From: Eledone cirrhosa
Taxonomy: Eukaryota
DNA length: 64,000 nucleotides
Direction: 5' to 3'
NCBI GenBank assembly: GCA_964016885.1
Contig: CAXHJY010001040.1
Coordinates: 1-64,000, forward strand
Of this stretch, positions 1 through 22,400 are shown piece by piece. Below the pieces are notes generated by a model. The model ran no database searches and was not told the DNA's origin. It saw only the letters and a program-made list of their open reading frames with translations. Both the position numbers and the translations under genes were made by a program. Each line of letters opens with the position of its first letter. Within the stretch, counting starts at the first letter, position 1.

Positions 1-66
1 AGTGGGAAAACTCCCGTCCAAACCCATGCAAGCGTGGAACATGGACGTTAAACGATGATGATGATG
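1..66 (+). mobile_element. 3' tail of RTE-type LINE/partner SINE ending in (GAT)n
   Basis: CCCATGCAAGCGTGGAACATGGACGTTAAACGATGATGATG. The same tail occurs at about 42700-42753, 48130-48182 and, reversed, at 44058-44130. Confidence 0.7.
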
Positions 67-127
67 ATATATATGTATATATATTAAACATATATATATA
101 AACATATATATATACACATATATATAC

Positions 128-160
<33 letters not shown>

Positions 161-655
161 CGTATACATATATACGTATACATATATATAAACATATATA
201 TGCATATATATAAACATATATATATATACATATACATAAACATATATATAAACATATATATATATACATATATATATATATACATATACATAAACATATA
301 TATAAAGATATATATATATACATATATATATATATAAACATACATATATATACATATATATAAACATATATATACAAATACATAAACATATATATACATA
401 TACATAAACATATATATACATATACATATATATAAACACATATATATAAACATATATATACATATATATAAACATGTATATAAACATATATATATATACA
501 TATATATAAACATATATATATAAACATATATATATATACATATATATATATACATATATATATATACATATATATATATATACATATATATATATACATA
601 TATATACACATATATATACACATATATATATACACATATATATATACATATATAT
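67..655. repeat. (TA)n/(TACA)n/(TAAACA) compound microsatellite
   Basis: Direct reading of the sequence. Confidence 0.95.
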
Positions 656-868
656 CGACTTTCGTTAAATCGGACCGAGGAAACAATGTTTCCATTGGTC
701 TTTCCAATTGCTAATACTATCTATCGGTCGCAATTCCAGGTAGAAGGAGCAACGTGAAATAAAATGTCTTGCTCAAGGACATAACGCATCGCCCGGTTCG
801 AGAATCAAACTCACGACATCACAATTGTGAATCCAATTCTCTTACCACTCAGCCATGCGCCTCCACTA
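653..868 (-). mobile_element. tRNA-derived SINE (family B)
   Basis: Minus strand reads GGAGGCGCATGGCTGAGTGGTAAG (A box)...GAGTTTGATTCTC (B-box-like)...CCTTGAGCAAGACA. Close copy on + at 42184-42400. Confidence 0.75.
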
Positions 869-4160
<3,292 letters not shown>

Positions 4161-4165
<5 letters not shown>

Positions 4166-4550
4166 TGGTAAACGGAATAGAAAATGCTGACAAATTGTTC
4201 ATAGTTAAAAAATGGTTTAATTAGGAATAAAAGAGTATTAGTGATTGTATGTGTTAGTTTTCAGTTGTGGTTTTAATTTTTCAGTTTTTACCGGTTGCGC
4301 ATTTCTAAATGCTTTTCAAAAATAATTTTGAGATAGAGTGTCCGTGCTGTTTGCTCTGATCAGAGCAAACAACACGGACACTCTATCTCAAAATTATTTT
4401 TGAAAAGCATTTAGAAATGCGCAACCGGTAAAAACTTAAACCACAACTGAATACTAACCCATAAAATCACTAATACTCCTTTATTCCTAATTAAACCATT
4501 TTTCAACTGTGAACAATTTGTCAGCATTTTCTATTCCGTTTACCAATATA
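4161..4550. repeat. About 390-bp spacer-less palindrome centred at 4359/4360 (CTCTGA|TCAGAG)
   Basis: The arms are reverse complements (e.g. TTGGTAAACGGAATAGAAAATGCTGACAAATTGTTC vs GAACAATTTGTCAGCATTTTCTATTCCGTTTACCAA) with scattered mismatches and one indel. Confidence 0.95.
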
Positions 4551-4602
4551 TAATAACTTGTGTGTTACACCTCTATTCTTTTAACTATATATATATATAT
4601 AT

Positions 4603-4951
4603 CATCATTCATCATCATCATTTCATTTTACGTCCGTTTTTCCCTGCTTGCAAGAGTGGGACGGGAACTGATTCTGGCATGATTTCTACAGCTTGATGCC
4701 CTTCCTAAGACCAACCTCATTTACAGTGAGTGCTGGGTGCTTTTTTGCCATGGCACCTCCACGACCACTTTGCAGTGGAATGATATGGACCCCAGTCCCT
4801 ATCATCTCATTTCTACAGCTGAGTAAACTGGGGCAATGTGAATTAAAGGGTCTTGCTCAAGGAAACAACAGATCACCCGGGCTGAGAAGTTGAACTCACA
4901 ATCTTTCGGATTGCAAGGCCAATGGGTCTAACCACTAGAGCCTGTGCCTCC
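4603..4951 (-). mobile_element. (GAT)n-tailed element fragment plus a tRNA-SINE
   Basis: (CAT)n tail at 4603-4622. A SINE head GGAGGCACAGGCTCTAGTGGTTAG...GAGTTCAACT...CCTTGAGCAAGAC reads on the minus strand from 4951. Confidence 0.6.
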
Positions 4952-11265
<6,314 letters not shown>

Positions 11266-11376
11266 ATGCTCATGCTAGCGTGGAAGATAGATGTTAAACG
11301 ATGATGATGATTATCATCATCATCATTTAACGTCTCTCTTCCATGCTAGCATAGGTTAGACGGGATATATATATAC

Positions 11377-11562
11377 AATTGTTTCTACTTTTGGCACAAG
11401 GCCAGCAATTACCCACTACATTACTGGTACTTTATTTTATCGACCCCGTAAGGATGAAAGGCAAAGTTAACCTCGGCGGGATTTGAACTCAGATCGTAAA
11501 GGGATGTAACTACGCTGGAAAGCATCTCCGACCTTTCTGCCAATAGTGCCAATTCACCGCCC
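11377..11562 (-). mobile_element. tRNA-derived SINE (family A), near full length
   Basis: AATTGTTTCTACTTTTGGCACAAGGCCAGCAATT...CGACCCCGTAAGGATGAAAGGCAAAGTTAACCTCGGCGGGATTTGAACTC (B box GAGTTCAAATCC on minus). Several other copies in the window. Confidence 0.8.
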
Positions 11563-11912
11563 TAACGTCCATCTTCCATGGACGTTAGGGTGGTGAATTA
11601 TTTATATGTAATAAATATATATATATTTATATGTCCATATTTAGTTGACTTGACAGACAAGAGAAAAGAGTACTCAATACTGATGTAAAGTTTATATTTT
11701 GATTTATTATGGCTGAAGCTCACGGTGGAGATGACGAAGGACCGTGACAAGTGGAGAGATGCTGTGCTGAATTGGACCAGTCCCACCCTTGCAAGTAGGG
11801 AAAAGCAGACAAGAGTTCCACCTGTGCACGCATAAGACTTGTTTGATGATCCTGTGTGTGCACAGGTGTAATTCAAGCATAATAAAACTTTCTACTTAGC
11901 CATAATAAATGA

Positions 11913-11986
<74 letters not shown>

Positions 11987-12034
11987 AAATTAGAACTATA
12001 CTAACAATTCTCAAAGGCAAGTAGAAAATTAAGA

Positions 12035-12258
12035 CTCCCTTCAATCACGAATGACCATAGGATTTGCACCTTGAAAATTCCCCTCTGAGGCACATGTCCA
12101 AGCAAGGTTGTTTGTGGGAAACTGGCAGTCACCCATGCATGCCACATGAAATAAAGTGTCTTGTTCAAGAACACAACACACAGCCTGGTACAGGATTCGA
12201 ACTCTCAACCACACGATTTTAAGTGCGACGCTCTAACCATGAAGCCATGCCCCTTCAT
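12035..12258 (-). mobile_element. tRNA-derived SINE
   Basis: Minus strand GCATGGCTTCATGGTTAGAGCG...GAGTTCGAATCCT...TTCTTGAACAAGACACTTTATTTCA. Confidence 0.65.
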
Positions 12259-12479
12259 ACATCTATATATTTATCCTCACCAGAAGATGAGAGAGTGATC
12301 GTTGTAAACATGAAATCCATCCCTGGTGAGAAATGTACCTCTCAACATAACTTAGTTAGTGACTTCATAGTTAGAGCTAAACAAACTTGAAGATAGAGAG
12401 CAACATGGAGGAGAAAGATATGGATGTTGAAGGAGCCCTCAGCCAGTAACAAATTTAGAGGTATTTTGTATGAAGCTTT

Positions 12480-13411
12480 CTCTGGGTCTCCTGCCGGTTG
12501 GTTTTGCCTGTAAAATCTGTCCAGTGATTCTTTCCTGAGACATTCTAACCACATGCTCATAGTATCAGAGCTGTGATCTCTCATTTCGGAGAAGTAGCGG
12601 CTCTCTGATCTTTGAGCTACACACTCTATCAAGTAACGTTACTCCAAAATCCCTTTGGAGGAACTCCATTTGGCTGCTTGTATTCACGATTATATTCTTT
12701 CGGTCATTACCCAAGATTCATGACCATAGGTAAGGGTTGGCACGAATACTGAATTGAAGATAGCAAGTTTGGCATTACTGCACCAGCTTCTGCAATTCTT
12801 GCATTTAATTCACGATTGGCGGGTGTAAAATCAGTCAGCTGGAATTTGCAGACAACATGGTGTTACTTAACTTGACAGAAGGTGATCTCTAACTTGCACT
12901 CAATTAGTTTGATGCTGAGTGGTGCGCGGCTGGAATGAAAATCGGTGCTGCGAAAATTTGTCCTCTCAAGGAAGCCTGCGTAGTGCACTCTAAATGTGAA
13001 TGGAGATCTGCAGAAGCAGGTAGAGAAGTTCAAGTATCTCGGGGCTGTATTCATGAGTGATGGAAGGCAGGAGGAGGCTGAATTAAATGCAAGAATTGCA
13101 GAAGCTGGTGCAGTAATGCCAAACTTGCTATCTTCAATTCAGTATTCGTGCCAACCCTTACCTATGGTCATGAATCTTGGGTAATGACCGAAAGAATATA
13201 ATCGTGAATACAAGCAGCCAAATGGAGTTCCTCCAAAGGGATTTTGGAGTAACGTTACTTGATAGAGTGTGTAGCTCAAAGATCAGAGAGCCGCTACTTC
13301 TCCGAAATGAGAGATCACAGCTCTGATACTATGAGCATGTGGTTAGAATGTCTCAGGAAAGAATCACTGGACAGATTTTACAGGCAAAACCAACCGGCAG
13401 GAGACCCAGAG
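12480..13411. repeat. 333-bp inverted repeat (12480-12812 / 13079-13411) with a 266-bp spacer
   Basis: No mismatch found on reading both arms. The ORF track gives the identical peptide MIECVAQRSESRYF...PAGDPE on both strands. Confidence 0.95.
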
Positions 13412-13560
13412 CAAGATGGTTGTATAACATCCATGAGCTTGGCTGGTCTCACTTGGGGATCCACTTGATCAGTTGGAGATGGCTGCTTCTGACAGAACCT
13501 ACTGGAAGGAATGTTTGAGGACTCTGCCCCCACAACCCTCTCAGGAATAAATAGGTGAAG
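12813..13560 (+). mobile_element. Decayed RTE-clade (Rex3/Expander-like) LINE 3' RT fragment
   Basis: Translates to VNGDLQKQVEKFKYLGAVFMSDGR...ARIAEAGAVM and VFVPTLTYGHESWVMTER, with stops and frameshifts. Confidence 0.8.
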
Positions 13561-13579
13561 AAAAAGAATATTTCAAAAG

Positions 13580-15260
13580 TAAAGAATAAATAGAGACATT
13601 CAATATAGAGGAGCAGTGGGAGTTCCTGAAAGATAATTTGGTGAAGGCAACAAATGTGCTCTGTGGCTGAAGCAGGGCTCCAACGAGAAGGAGAGTGACT
13701 TGGTGGTAGAACAGTTGGGTGGATGAGACAATTAAGACCAAGAGACAGGCATGGAAAGAATGGCAGAATGGGGGGGGGGGGCAGAGAACACTACCAGGAA
13801 GCTAGGCGATAAGTATACTTTGCAACAAGGGAAGCAGAAGATAAAATATTTAATCATGTTTTAGAACTTGATGAACAAAGACACGAGATGTTCAGGATTG
13901 CTGGGCCGTGTGTCAGGGAAAATTGTGAATTTGTATGAGGAAAGTATGTCCGGGATAATGATAGTACATTTCCCTTCATTGGCGCTGAAAAAAAAATAGA
14001 ATGGAAATGCATAATGAAAGATTACTGAATGAGGAGAATGTAAGGAAGGAAAAGCCCAATGGAGGAACCAGCCATACAAGTCAACAGCAGAACAGTAATT
14101 AAGGTAGTTAAAGATATGAAGACCGGTAAATCAGCTGGATCATCAGGAGTAGTTACTAAGATACTGAAAGCATCTGGAATAGTAGGTCACACCTTAACTA
14201 TTTTTGTAAACCAAGTAATATAGAACGAGGTTGTGCCCAATTACTGGTACAGCAACATCATCATCAACTGCTATATGAGCAAAGAAAATGCACTGGATAT
14301 AGAAAATTACAGAGGCATCAAGTTGACAGACCAGGTTATGAAGGTTGCTGAATGAGTTAGATGCTGTTCAGATTTGTGCCAGGTAAAAGTACTACTGATG
14401 CCCTTTTCTTGGTGAGGAAGTTGCCGGAGATGTTTCTAGCTAAGAGTAAGCCCATCTACTACACATTTGTTGACCTACCATAATCTGGTAGGCTCTGAGA
14501 AAACTAGGGGTAGATAAGTGGCTTGTGAAGGCAGTACAAGCCATGTACAGAGGAGCAGTCAGCAACATTATAATTAACAATGATTATTGTGAGGAATTTA
14601 GTGTGCAAATAGAAGTCCATCAGGACTCTGTTCTTAGTCCTCTCCTGTGGTGGATTGGTAGTATCGGTAGAGGGTCGGACGCCATGCTTTGACACATAGA
14701 GTTATGGTCCTTGCCATTCTGAGTTCAAATCCTGCCGAGGTTAACTTTGCCTTTCATCCTTACAGGGGTCGATAAAATAAAGTACCAGTAATGCACTGGG
14801 TAATTGCTGGCCTTGTGCCAAAAGTAGAAACAATTATTGTCCTGCAGGCTATAACAGAAGAGTTTAAGACTGGTTGCTCATGGGAACTCTTTTATATTGC
14901 ATATGATCTAACCTTCATAGCTGTGTCTATAGCAGAATTAGAGGAGAAATTCCAAACCATGACACAGCTTAGAATCAAAATGTCAAAGTCTTCTTGGCAA
15001 AACTAAAGTCCTAGTAAGTAGAAAGGAAAACAAGGCTCAGATCCCTTTAGGGAAATGTCTTTGCTCAGTGTGTAGGAAAGATGTGGGTAGAAATTCAATC
15101 CTATGTCCCAAATGCAAACTATAAGTACACAAGAGATGAACTGGAAGCTCAGTCAGGCTAGTAAAGAATGTACTTTTTTGTATGGATTGATGCACAAGAG
15201 CTAACAAGCTCCTTTAAATGCCCAAAGAGCTCTAGTAGTAGTTGATATTTTGTTACTCAA
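13580..15260 (+). mobile_element. Heavily decayed RTE LINE ORF2 fragment interrupted by a SINE
   Basis: Remnants NYRGIKLTDQVMK, HQDSVLSPLL / IIVLQAITEEFKTGCSWEL and the CSVCRK cysteine cluster. Homologous to 39152-40560. Confidence 0.75.
14648..14835 (+). mobile_element. SINE family A nested in the RTE fragment
   Basis: GAGTTCAAATCCTGCCGAGGTTAACTTTGCCTTTCATCC...AAAGTAGAAACAATT. It splits the RT motif SPLL|IIVLQ. Confidence 0.8.
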
Positions 15261-15274
15261 GTGATGTTACCAAT

Positions 15275-15500
15275 GTGTAGTGCCAAATGTCTCATCCTTA
15301 ACATCTAGAGTAAAGACCAGATATTGCAATAGCCTCAGATTCAAAGGCTCCCAATTTTTTAATAAACTATCAAAAAAACCCGAGAGATCTACATGGTTTG
15401 GATGTAGATGTTTACAAGAAACATCTCAATATTCTGCTAATTAAATCCCAAATGAACTCACAGCATGAGACAAAGTATGAATAAGGGCAACAGCTAAGGA
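15275..15500 (+). mobile_element. CR1-type LINE 3' ORF2 remnant
   Basis: Translates to SRVKTRYCNSLRFKGSQFFNKL...RDLHGLDVDVYKKHL, resembling the CR1 ORF2 C-terminus (from memory). Confidence 0.5.
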
Positions 15501-16030
15501 AGAAACTCCAGAATTGAAAGGCTTCAGAGTGAACTTATCAAAGAATAAAGTCCTAGTAAGTATGAAAGAAGACAGAGCTCTGATTCCTCAAGGAAAATAC
15601 CTATGCTCAGTATGCAGAGTTGGTAGGAATTCCATACTGTGTATAAAATGTAAATTTGGGGTACACAAGTAATCTAGCAGGATCTCAGGAAGGCTAAAGA
15701 AAATATAGACTTTGCATGTCACAGACATACAAAAGCAGTAAGTAACAAGCATGCACATGAAACAAACTATCAAATGCTAAGATGACTCCTTAGAAATAGT
15801 TGGCAGCTTCTGCTTTTTATGTGACCTAATTAGCAGTGGAAATGAATGCTCTGAAAGTATAGTAGCTAGAGTAAGAACCAGCTGAAAGAGTTTCGTGGAG
15901 TTACTACCAAAGGGTTTCTCACTCAGAGGGAAAGGCAGATATGATGCCTGTCTGCGAACTGTGATGCTGCATGAAAATGAAACTTGGACATTGAGCGCAG
16001 AGGATTTGAGAAGACTGAAAACAAGGATTT
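15500..16030 (+). mobile_element. Second decayed RTE fragment
   Basis: KGFRVNLSKNKVLV...PCSVC...CSESIVARVRT...MLHENETWTL remnants. Confidence 0.7.
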
Positions 16031-19000
16031 GATGTTCCAACCACTGGCCTATTAACCCAAAAGAATATTATTGCCATCTTGATATAATTAAGCAGTTGTC
16101 TTCATATTAGTTTGTTTTTGTTATGTCAAGTCTATGCCTAGAAATCTCTATATCTTTTTCCTAAGTCCAATTCTTTTTATAGTGATTCCTTTTTGGATGT
16201 GTAGTTGATACATCTAAAGACAAGGCAGTGGGCTGAAAAACCCATCACTATAAAAAAAAAAGTACAAAAGAAATCATCCCAGAAAAAAATATATTAAACA
16301 TTTTTTATCAACTCTTTGGGTAAATGATGCAGAACCTTCTTACCATCCTGTAACACATGAAACCACATTACGATGAAGTTCTATAAAAGTACAGAACTAT
16401 GACTACATCACATTAAAAATTGAAGTCTTTAGTTTAATACTACAAATTTTTACAATTATTCATTGGTAAAGATACTATAAACATTTGAATTAACAAATCT
16501 ATTTTTAGATATTTTCTGCTAAATCATTAGTCTAATGGAATTCACAAAGGTAATAATCATGCCAGGCAATTTGGATATATGCAGGGATTTGATTTGATCT
16601 TTTTTATTAATAAAAGATGATTCATTAAATCGCGTGAAGGAGTGATTCAGAGCATGGCCCACATACCAAAGTTTTAGTGGCCCATAACTGGATTTATGTC
16701 CTTTCCTACCTATTGTTTCACAATGCAATTGAAAGTAAATTTATATTTGGTGGACAATGAAGATTTCTTTCTTCTTAGTGTTGTAGTTTGAGATCTGAAG
16801 AACTGAGTTATATAAATTGTAGATAGCTTACAATTTCTATGAACAAATTTCTGATTAGGGTTTCAGTTGGTTATTGGAGAGAAGTTGATATATTTTCAAT
16901 TCTTATTGAATATGACAAAATTGAGAGACACAGTTGACAGACAATCGGGTACTAGCCAAAAGTTCCATGGTTTGTGTCCTAGTACATTGTACACGTAACT
17001 CATAATGACAAAGAACAGCTAATTGTAAATAGGTATTGAAAGCAGGTACCACTCCGTGCTATAACCAAATTATATAGAACACTATATAATTGATTGCTTT
17101 TCATAGCTCAAAACCTTATGAACCAAATCTGCGAAAACCTGCACTAAATCTGTGTTTCTATCAAGGATGGAAACTCTGCAGTATAACTTAAAAAGCTTCT
17201 TCGTATAACACTTTTGGTGAATGGTTATGGATAAAATCTGAATGAAAAATACTTGCCAATATCATAAATCCCATTACAGAAAAACTAGTAAAACAGAATT
17301 GAATATTTAGGAAATAAAAAAATTTAAATGATTGTCAATAGGGAAATGATGTTTAATGTTGTAGTGGTTAGGTAATAGTTGAAAATAAGAAAAAATTATT
17401 GGGGAAGTAACAAAATTCTTTAGCTGCTAATTTGTCTAGAATTCATGAAACAAATTGTATATGTATAAAATGGAACAACAAATAAAGTGTATATTAAAAT
17501 AAGATTTTATGGTAACCTCTCTTCTGAAAACTAAACCTTTCAACTTTTTAAAATCAATTAATTTTAAACTTTTGGTATGTAAATGATATTTCCTCTCTAA
17601 AATCCACTGAGAAAGAGAAAGATTGCAAATAAATTCATACATTCTATTAGAAGTAAAAACAAAGGGAAAGAAATTACAAGATTATATTTTTCACATCATG
17701 TGATATGAAAATATATGTATAAAAGAAAATCCAGTCTAGAAATATACTGCAGATAATTATTGAGATGTTATTAGAGCTATTAGAAATGTTTAATTTTGTT
17801 TTAGTTGATCTTGTGTATCTAAAGAGATTAAGGTTTAATATGGCAGATATTAGCTTTGATAGCTGAAGTGTTATTAAGAAAGCAATAAGGGTTGAAATGG
17901 CAAAAGTAATTACTATACTTCAGTTCAAACCTGGAAACTTCAATGTTAGTCAAAAACACCTTTCATCATCTAATCTAGCCTATTGTTGGTTGTATTATAT
18001 CTTGAAAGGTTAAAGGTTAACAATATCAAGTTATTAAGACCAGTTAATGTCATGTCTTTTTTTTTTTCAAAATAGAATAAAACAAAATCTAAAGATGTAT
18101 AGGTTTTTTTAGAACAATTGATAACTTATTTTACAAAGAGAGTCTAAAAAAATCCTATCCTTAAAATAGCCATATATAGTCTGCCAAAAAGCAAGTGCTG
18201 CTGATTTTACTGTTTAAATATCAGATTTTATTCAGCTCTAATGTATAATGAATGTATTATGCTTGTTTTATATTCCAAGAAAGGAAATTTCATATATATA
18301 AAAAAAAAATATAGAACACAAACCATGCTGTGAATGTGAAAAGCTAAACAATGACCATGCAAACAATTTTTAAGTTTCATGTTATATTTATTTTTAGAAC
18401 CCAGTGTCATCTTAATAGGGATTTCAGATATGAAAACTTATATAGATTATGTAATAATATTGAAATAATTATTTAACAATTCCATTTCACTCTGACATTT
18501 TATTTTTCAAAGATTTTCAGAGAGAAAATGGATAAAGAAAAAGAAAAAAAAAATGAAAAGGGAAGTGAAGGCAATATTTTAAACAATTTCTTTCCCTACA
18601 TCTATTTGACAGCTCTTCTGAGATTCTTTCTCACTTGTGGTTACAAAGTAATTAATAGTAGGTGTTCAAAAAGAAGTAACAGTGTAACCAATGTCTTGTT
18701 ATACATTTGTGAAGAAAGACCCCATTCATTCAATGGAGTACAAATTTTAAAGTGCAGTTTAAAAAATATCGAAGAGAAGATTTATTTTTCTGAGGTACAT
18801 TACAAGAATTTTCTCAAATTAATTTTGGTATAAATATTATTTGAGTTTTACAAGAAAAATGGTAAAATGTTATAAAATTAGAGAATTTTAGAGGCTTTCT
18901 ATCGTTGCAATTGACCATAGAATAATATGACATTAGCATAGGAGGAGCATGCATTTAGGTGCACCAATGCAATATCACAACTCTTCCAGAATTTATTTAA

Positions 19001-19360
19001 GAGAAAACAGCATATAGTTATGAAGGTTGACTTAACTTCCTTGATATAGACTTATAGAGGAATAAAAGATTTATCTGAGGCAAATTAGCTCAGCTTAAAA
19101 ATGCCACAAATTGGTTATCTTCAATTTTCTTGCTTCACTTCTAATGTTTGATGAATATTTTAAAAATATATATTATATAATAAAGAAAATGTTATTTCTG
19201 AAACAGGATCCATTAACACTTGTGAGAACAATATCATGACACTACTAACAATTTTTTTTAATAATGGTACATTCAATAGGAAGACAAATCATTTAAAGCA
19301 ACTAAAAGTATTCATGGAAAAAAATTAAAGCTGACCAGTGAGAAAGTCATATTGAAAATA

Positions 19361-19463
19361 ATAATTGTTTCTACTTTAGGCACAAGGCCAGCAATTACCC
19401 AGTGCATTACTGGTACTTTATTTTATCGACCCCGTAAGGATGAAAGGCAAAGTCAACCTCGGC
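19361..19463 (-). mobile_element. Truncated SINE family A with TSD-like TGAAAATAATAAT
   Basis: Matches the 11377 copy; TGAAAATAATAAT is repeated on both sides. Confidence 0.75.
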
Positions 19464-22400
19464 TGAAAATAATAATGGTAGTTATAGGGGAAGAAAGTAA
19501 AATATATTATAAAGTTAAATCTAAATCTTGGAAGTATATTATTATTTGTATAATACCAAATCTACTGAGAATAGGAAATAAATCTGGTGATTGCTGTTTA
19601 TAACTGCCCTAATCTGAAGTATGAAATCAACACTTGTCATAGATAAACAAATGCAGATTGGCCAACAAGTGTTGTAACTACAGACTGCAAGTCAGTTCAC
19701 CACTAGAATTTCTTGCAAAAGTTTTCTATTTGCAAAATGTTAAGCAAACAGCATACTTAATATGTTCAACATATTTTAATATATTATTGTCAGAAAAATA
19801 ATTGAAGCCAACAATGAAATTCAAATCAGTGTACAACTAATAAAAACAAAACTAAAATAATAAACATGTGCATGATGTTTCATATTATTATATTTAACAC
19901 TTCACCAGAAGCGAATTTCTTTTCTCGTTAACAGTACAATTAGGATCTGAATTCAATTTTGATTAAAAAAAAAAAAAAAAAAAAATTGATGAAAGACTCA
20001 TTTAAAAGGCAGCAAAACACTGGAGCAAGAGCCAAACAGTGTTCCTAGTTAAAGAGAATGAGTAATGTGCCTAGGTAGAAGGTAAAATGCATGTATGCAT
20101 GTTAATGCTGAAGTGAATGTAGTGGTATATACAGAAACATTCAGTGTATATTATAGAAATAAAAGATATGTAGTATGGGTGCATGAAGTGAGAGTAATTC
20201 TATGTAAAAATAAAATTGGATGAAGAGAAAAGGTAAAGTGCTTAAGAATGAGTGATAAAAGACAATTTGTAGCTAAATGGAATGATGGAAGATAGATAAT
20301 GCACCTAAGTTTAAAAGGGAGTGCAACTGAAATCATATATAAAATACTACGCAACCACACTTTAATAGCAACAAATACTTCATATAACTTTTTAATAACT
20401 CTGTAAAATAAAATAAATCATATTTATTATATTTAATACCGAAAATAACAATTGTTTGTTCTTTTAGTTAGAACTTTTTAAATTGTTTAATTTGGTGTCC
20501 AATTAAAATAAAATATAATTAGCATAATGTTTAAGTCTGCATTTTTCTTTGCTTTCACATAATTTTACTGAAATGAAAATTTATTTCGTAGTTTCCATTT
20601 TATATATTTATCAAATGAATTATTGGCTTTCTTCATTACATAGGTTTAATATTATTTAACATATGAATACAAACTAATGAAAATTAATTTCTTCATTTTG
20701 TAAATCACTTCACTATTTTTTTTTACTTCAACACAAAAACAAAAGAAGCAATAAAAATAAAATCCCCATCTATTTGGAATAAAATGATTAGAAAAAAAAA
20801 ATGAACAAAATAAAAAATAAAGAAAATTTATTTTTCCTTAAGTGGTTATTATAAATGTTCATTCTTAATTATATTTTATCATCTACAATAGAAGAATTAT
20901 TGAAAACCTGTGTCTGAAAATTAAAAAGAGATATCAAACATTGCAATCCTCTTCAGAATTTTACATTTTTATTTTTAATTATAGAATTATTCTTGTTACG
21001 GTATCCTGTTGAAATGAGACAAGGAAAGAATTCATTAATAATCTATTTTAATTAATTTATTAATGCTAAGAATAAGATGAACTTCAATTTTGATAGGAAG
21101 TACAAAAAGGAACATTTATTTATTTGTTTATTTTTGGGGCATCTGTTGACTTTTTCAAAGTCACCTTTACAACACTAGCTAAGGGCAACTGAGGAATTGA
21201 ACTTGCTTCTTCAAATTATTGATTTCTGACAAAGACCTCAAATTTGAGGAAGGAGTACAGTCAAATCAATCCTCAGTATTTGACTAATATGTATTGATAC
21301 TAATAAATAGACATTAATTATTACATCTGCTTTCATTCCACTAAAATCCATTCATTCAATTTAGGATATTATTGTGATTTCACCTGATTTTTCAAATTGG
21401 TATCATTATAATACATATATTTGCAATTTCTCCCTCACAAAACAAAATTAATATTATTTAGACAATGAACAAAATAAAAGAAAAAAGAAAACAAAAAAGA
21501 AAAGAAAACAATTTTTTTTAAAATAATTTTATTATTATTGTTAGTGTTGTTGCAGAATCATCACTTCTGTTCTTTATGAAACTGAACAGAATTACCTTGT
21601 AATAATAATTTTTTCGATGTTCCCAAGGAAACAGTTATATAATTGTTGATCCAAAATTTTATTTTTATCTTAACAGAAATTCCAAATGAAAGTTAAAATA
21701 AATAAATAAAATGGAAAAAAAAAGATATTTACAAAAAAAAATAACAGAAATAGTAGGAGTGGGGAAATGGCAGACAATGTTACTGCTGCAGAAAATGACA
21801 TTCTTTTTTCTTCCATCATCAAATATATAGAGAATTTAGCTAATAACCCCATGAATGTATAAAACTGATCCAAACCTATTGCTCTGTTTTGTTCCACCTA
21901 GCATTCATTCTTTAACAGTGTTGCTGTATGAAGTAAAATGTGTATGTACATGCATGCCCCCCACCCTTTTTTTGTTAGCATATATATCTATAAATGTGAC
22001 TATAAATGGTGAACACAATTTTGTACATTCATACAACAGTTGCATATAAATGCATGATCGATTATGCATAAATACAGACAGGAATTCAGAATATCACAAG
22101 TATAAAGAAACACACACACACATACACAGTTGTAAAAAGAAATGAAGAAATGCAATAAAAAATATAAGACATATTTAAACTATTTTAAAACTATTTTAAG
22201 ACTACAAACTAAACTACCTAAAGTTATTTCTTTATATAAAGAAAACACAATTTTTACACAAGTTGTACATTCATAACATCCTTTTCTTGACGACTTACTA
22301 ACTGTCATTTTGTACAGTAATTGGAAGGAAATGAATTGAAATACAAAAATACATAAGCGAGGTAGTCATTTACACAAAAATAATTCTCATATTTAAGAAA

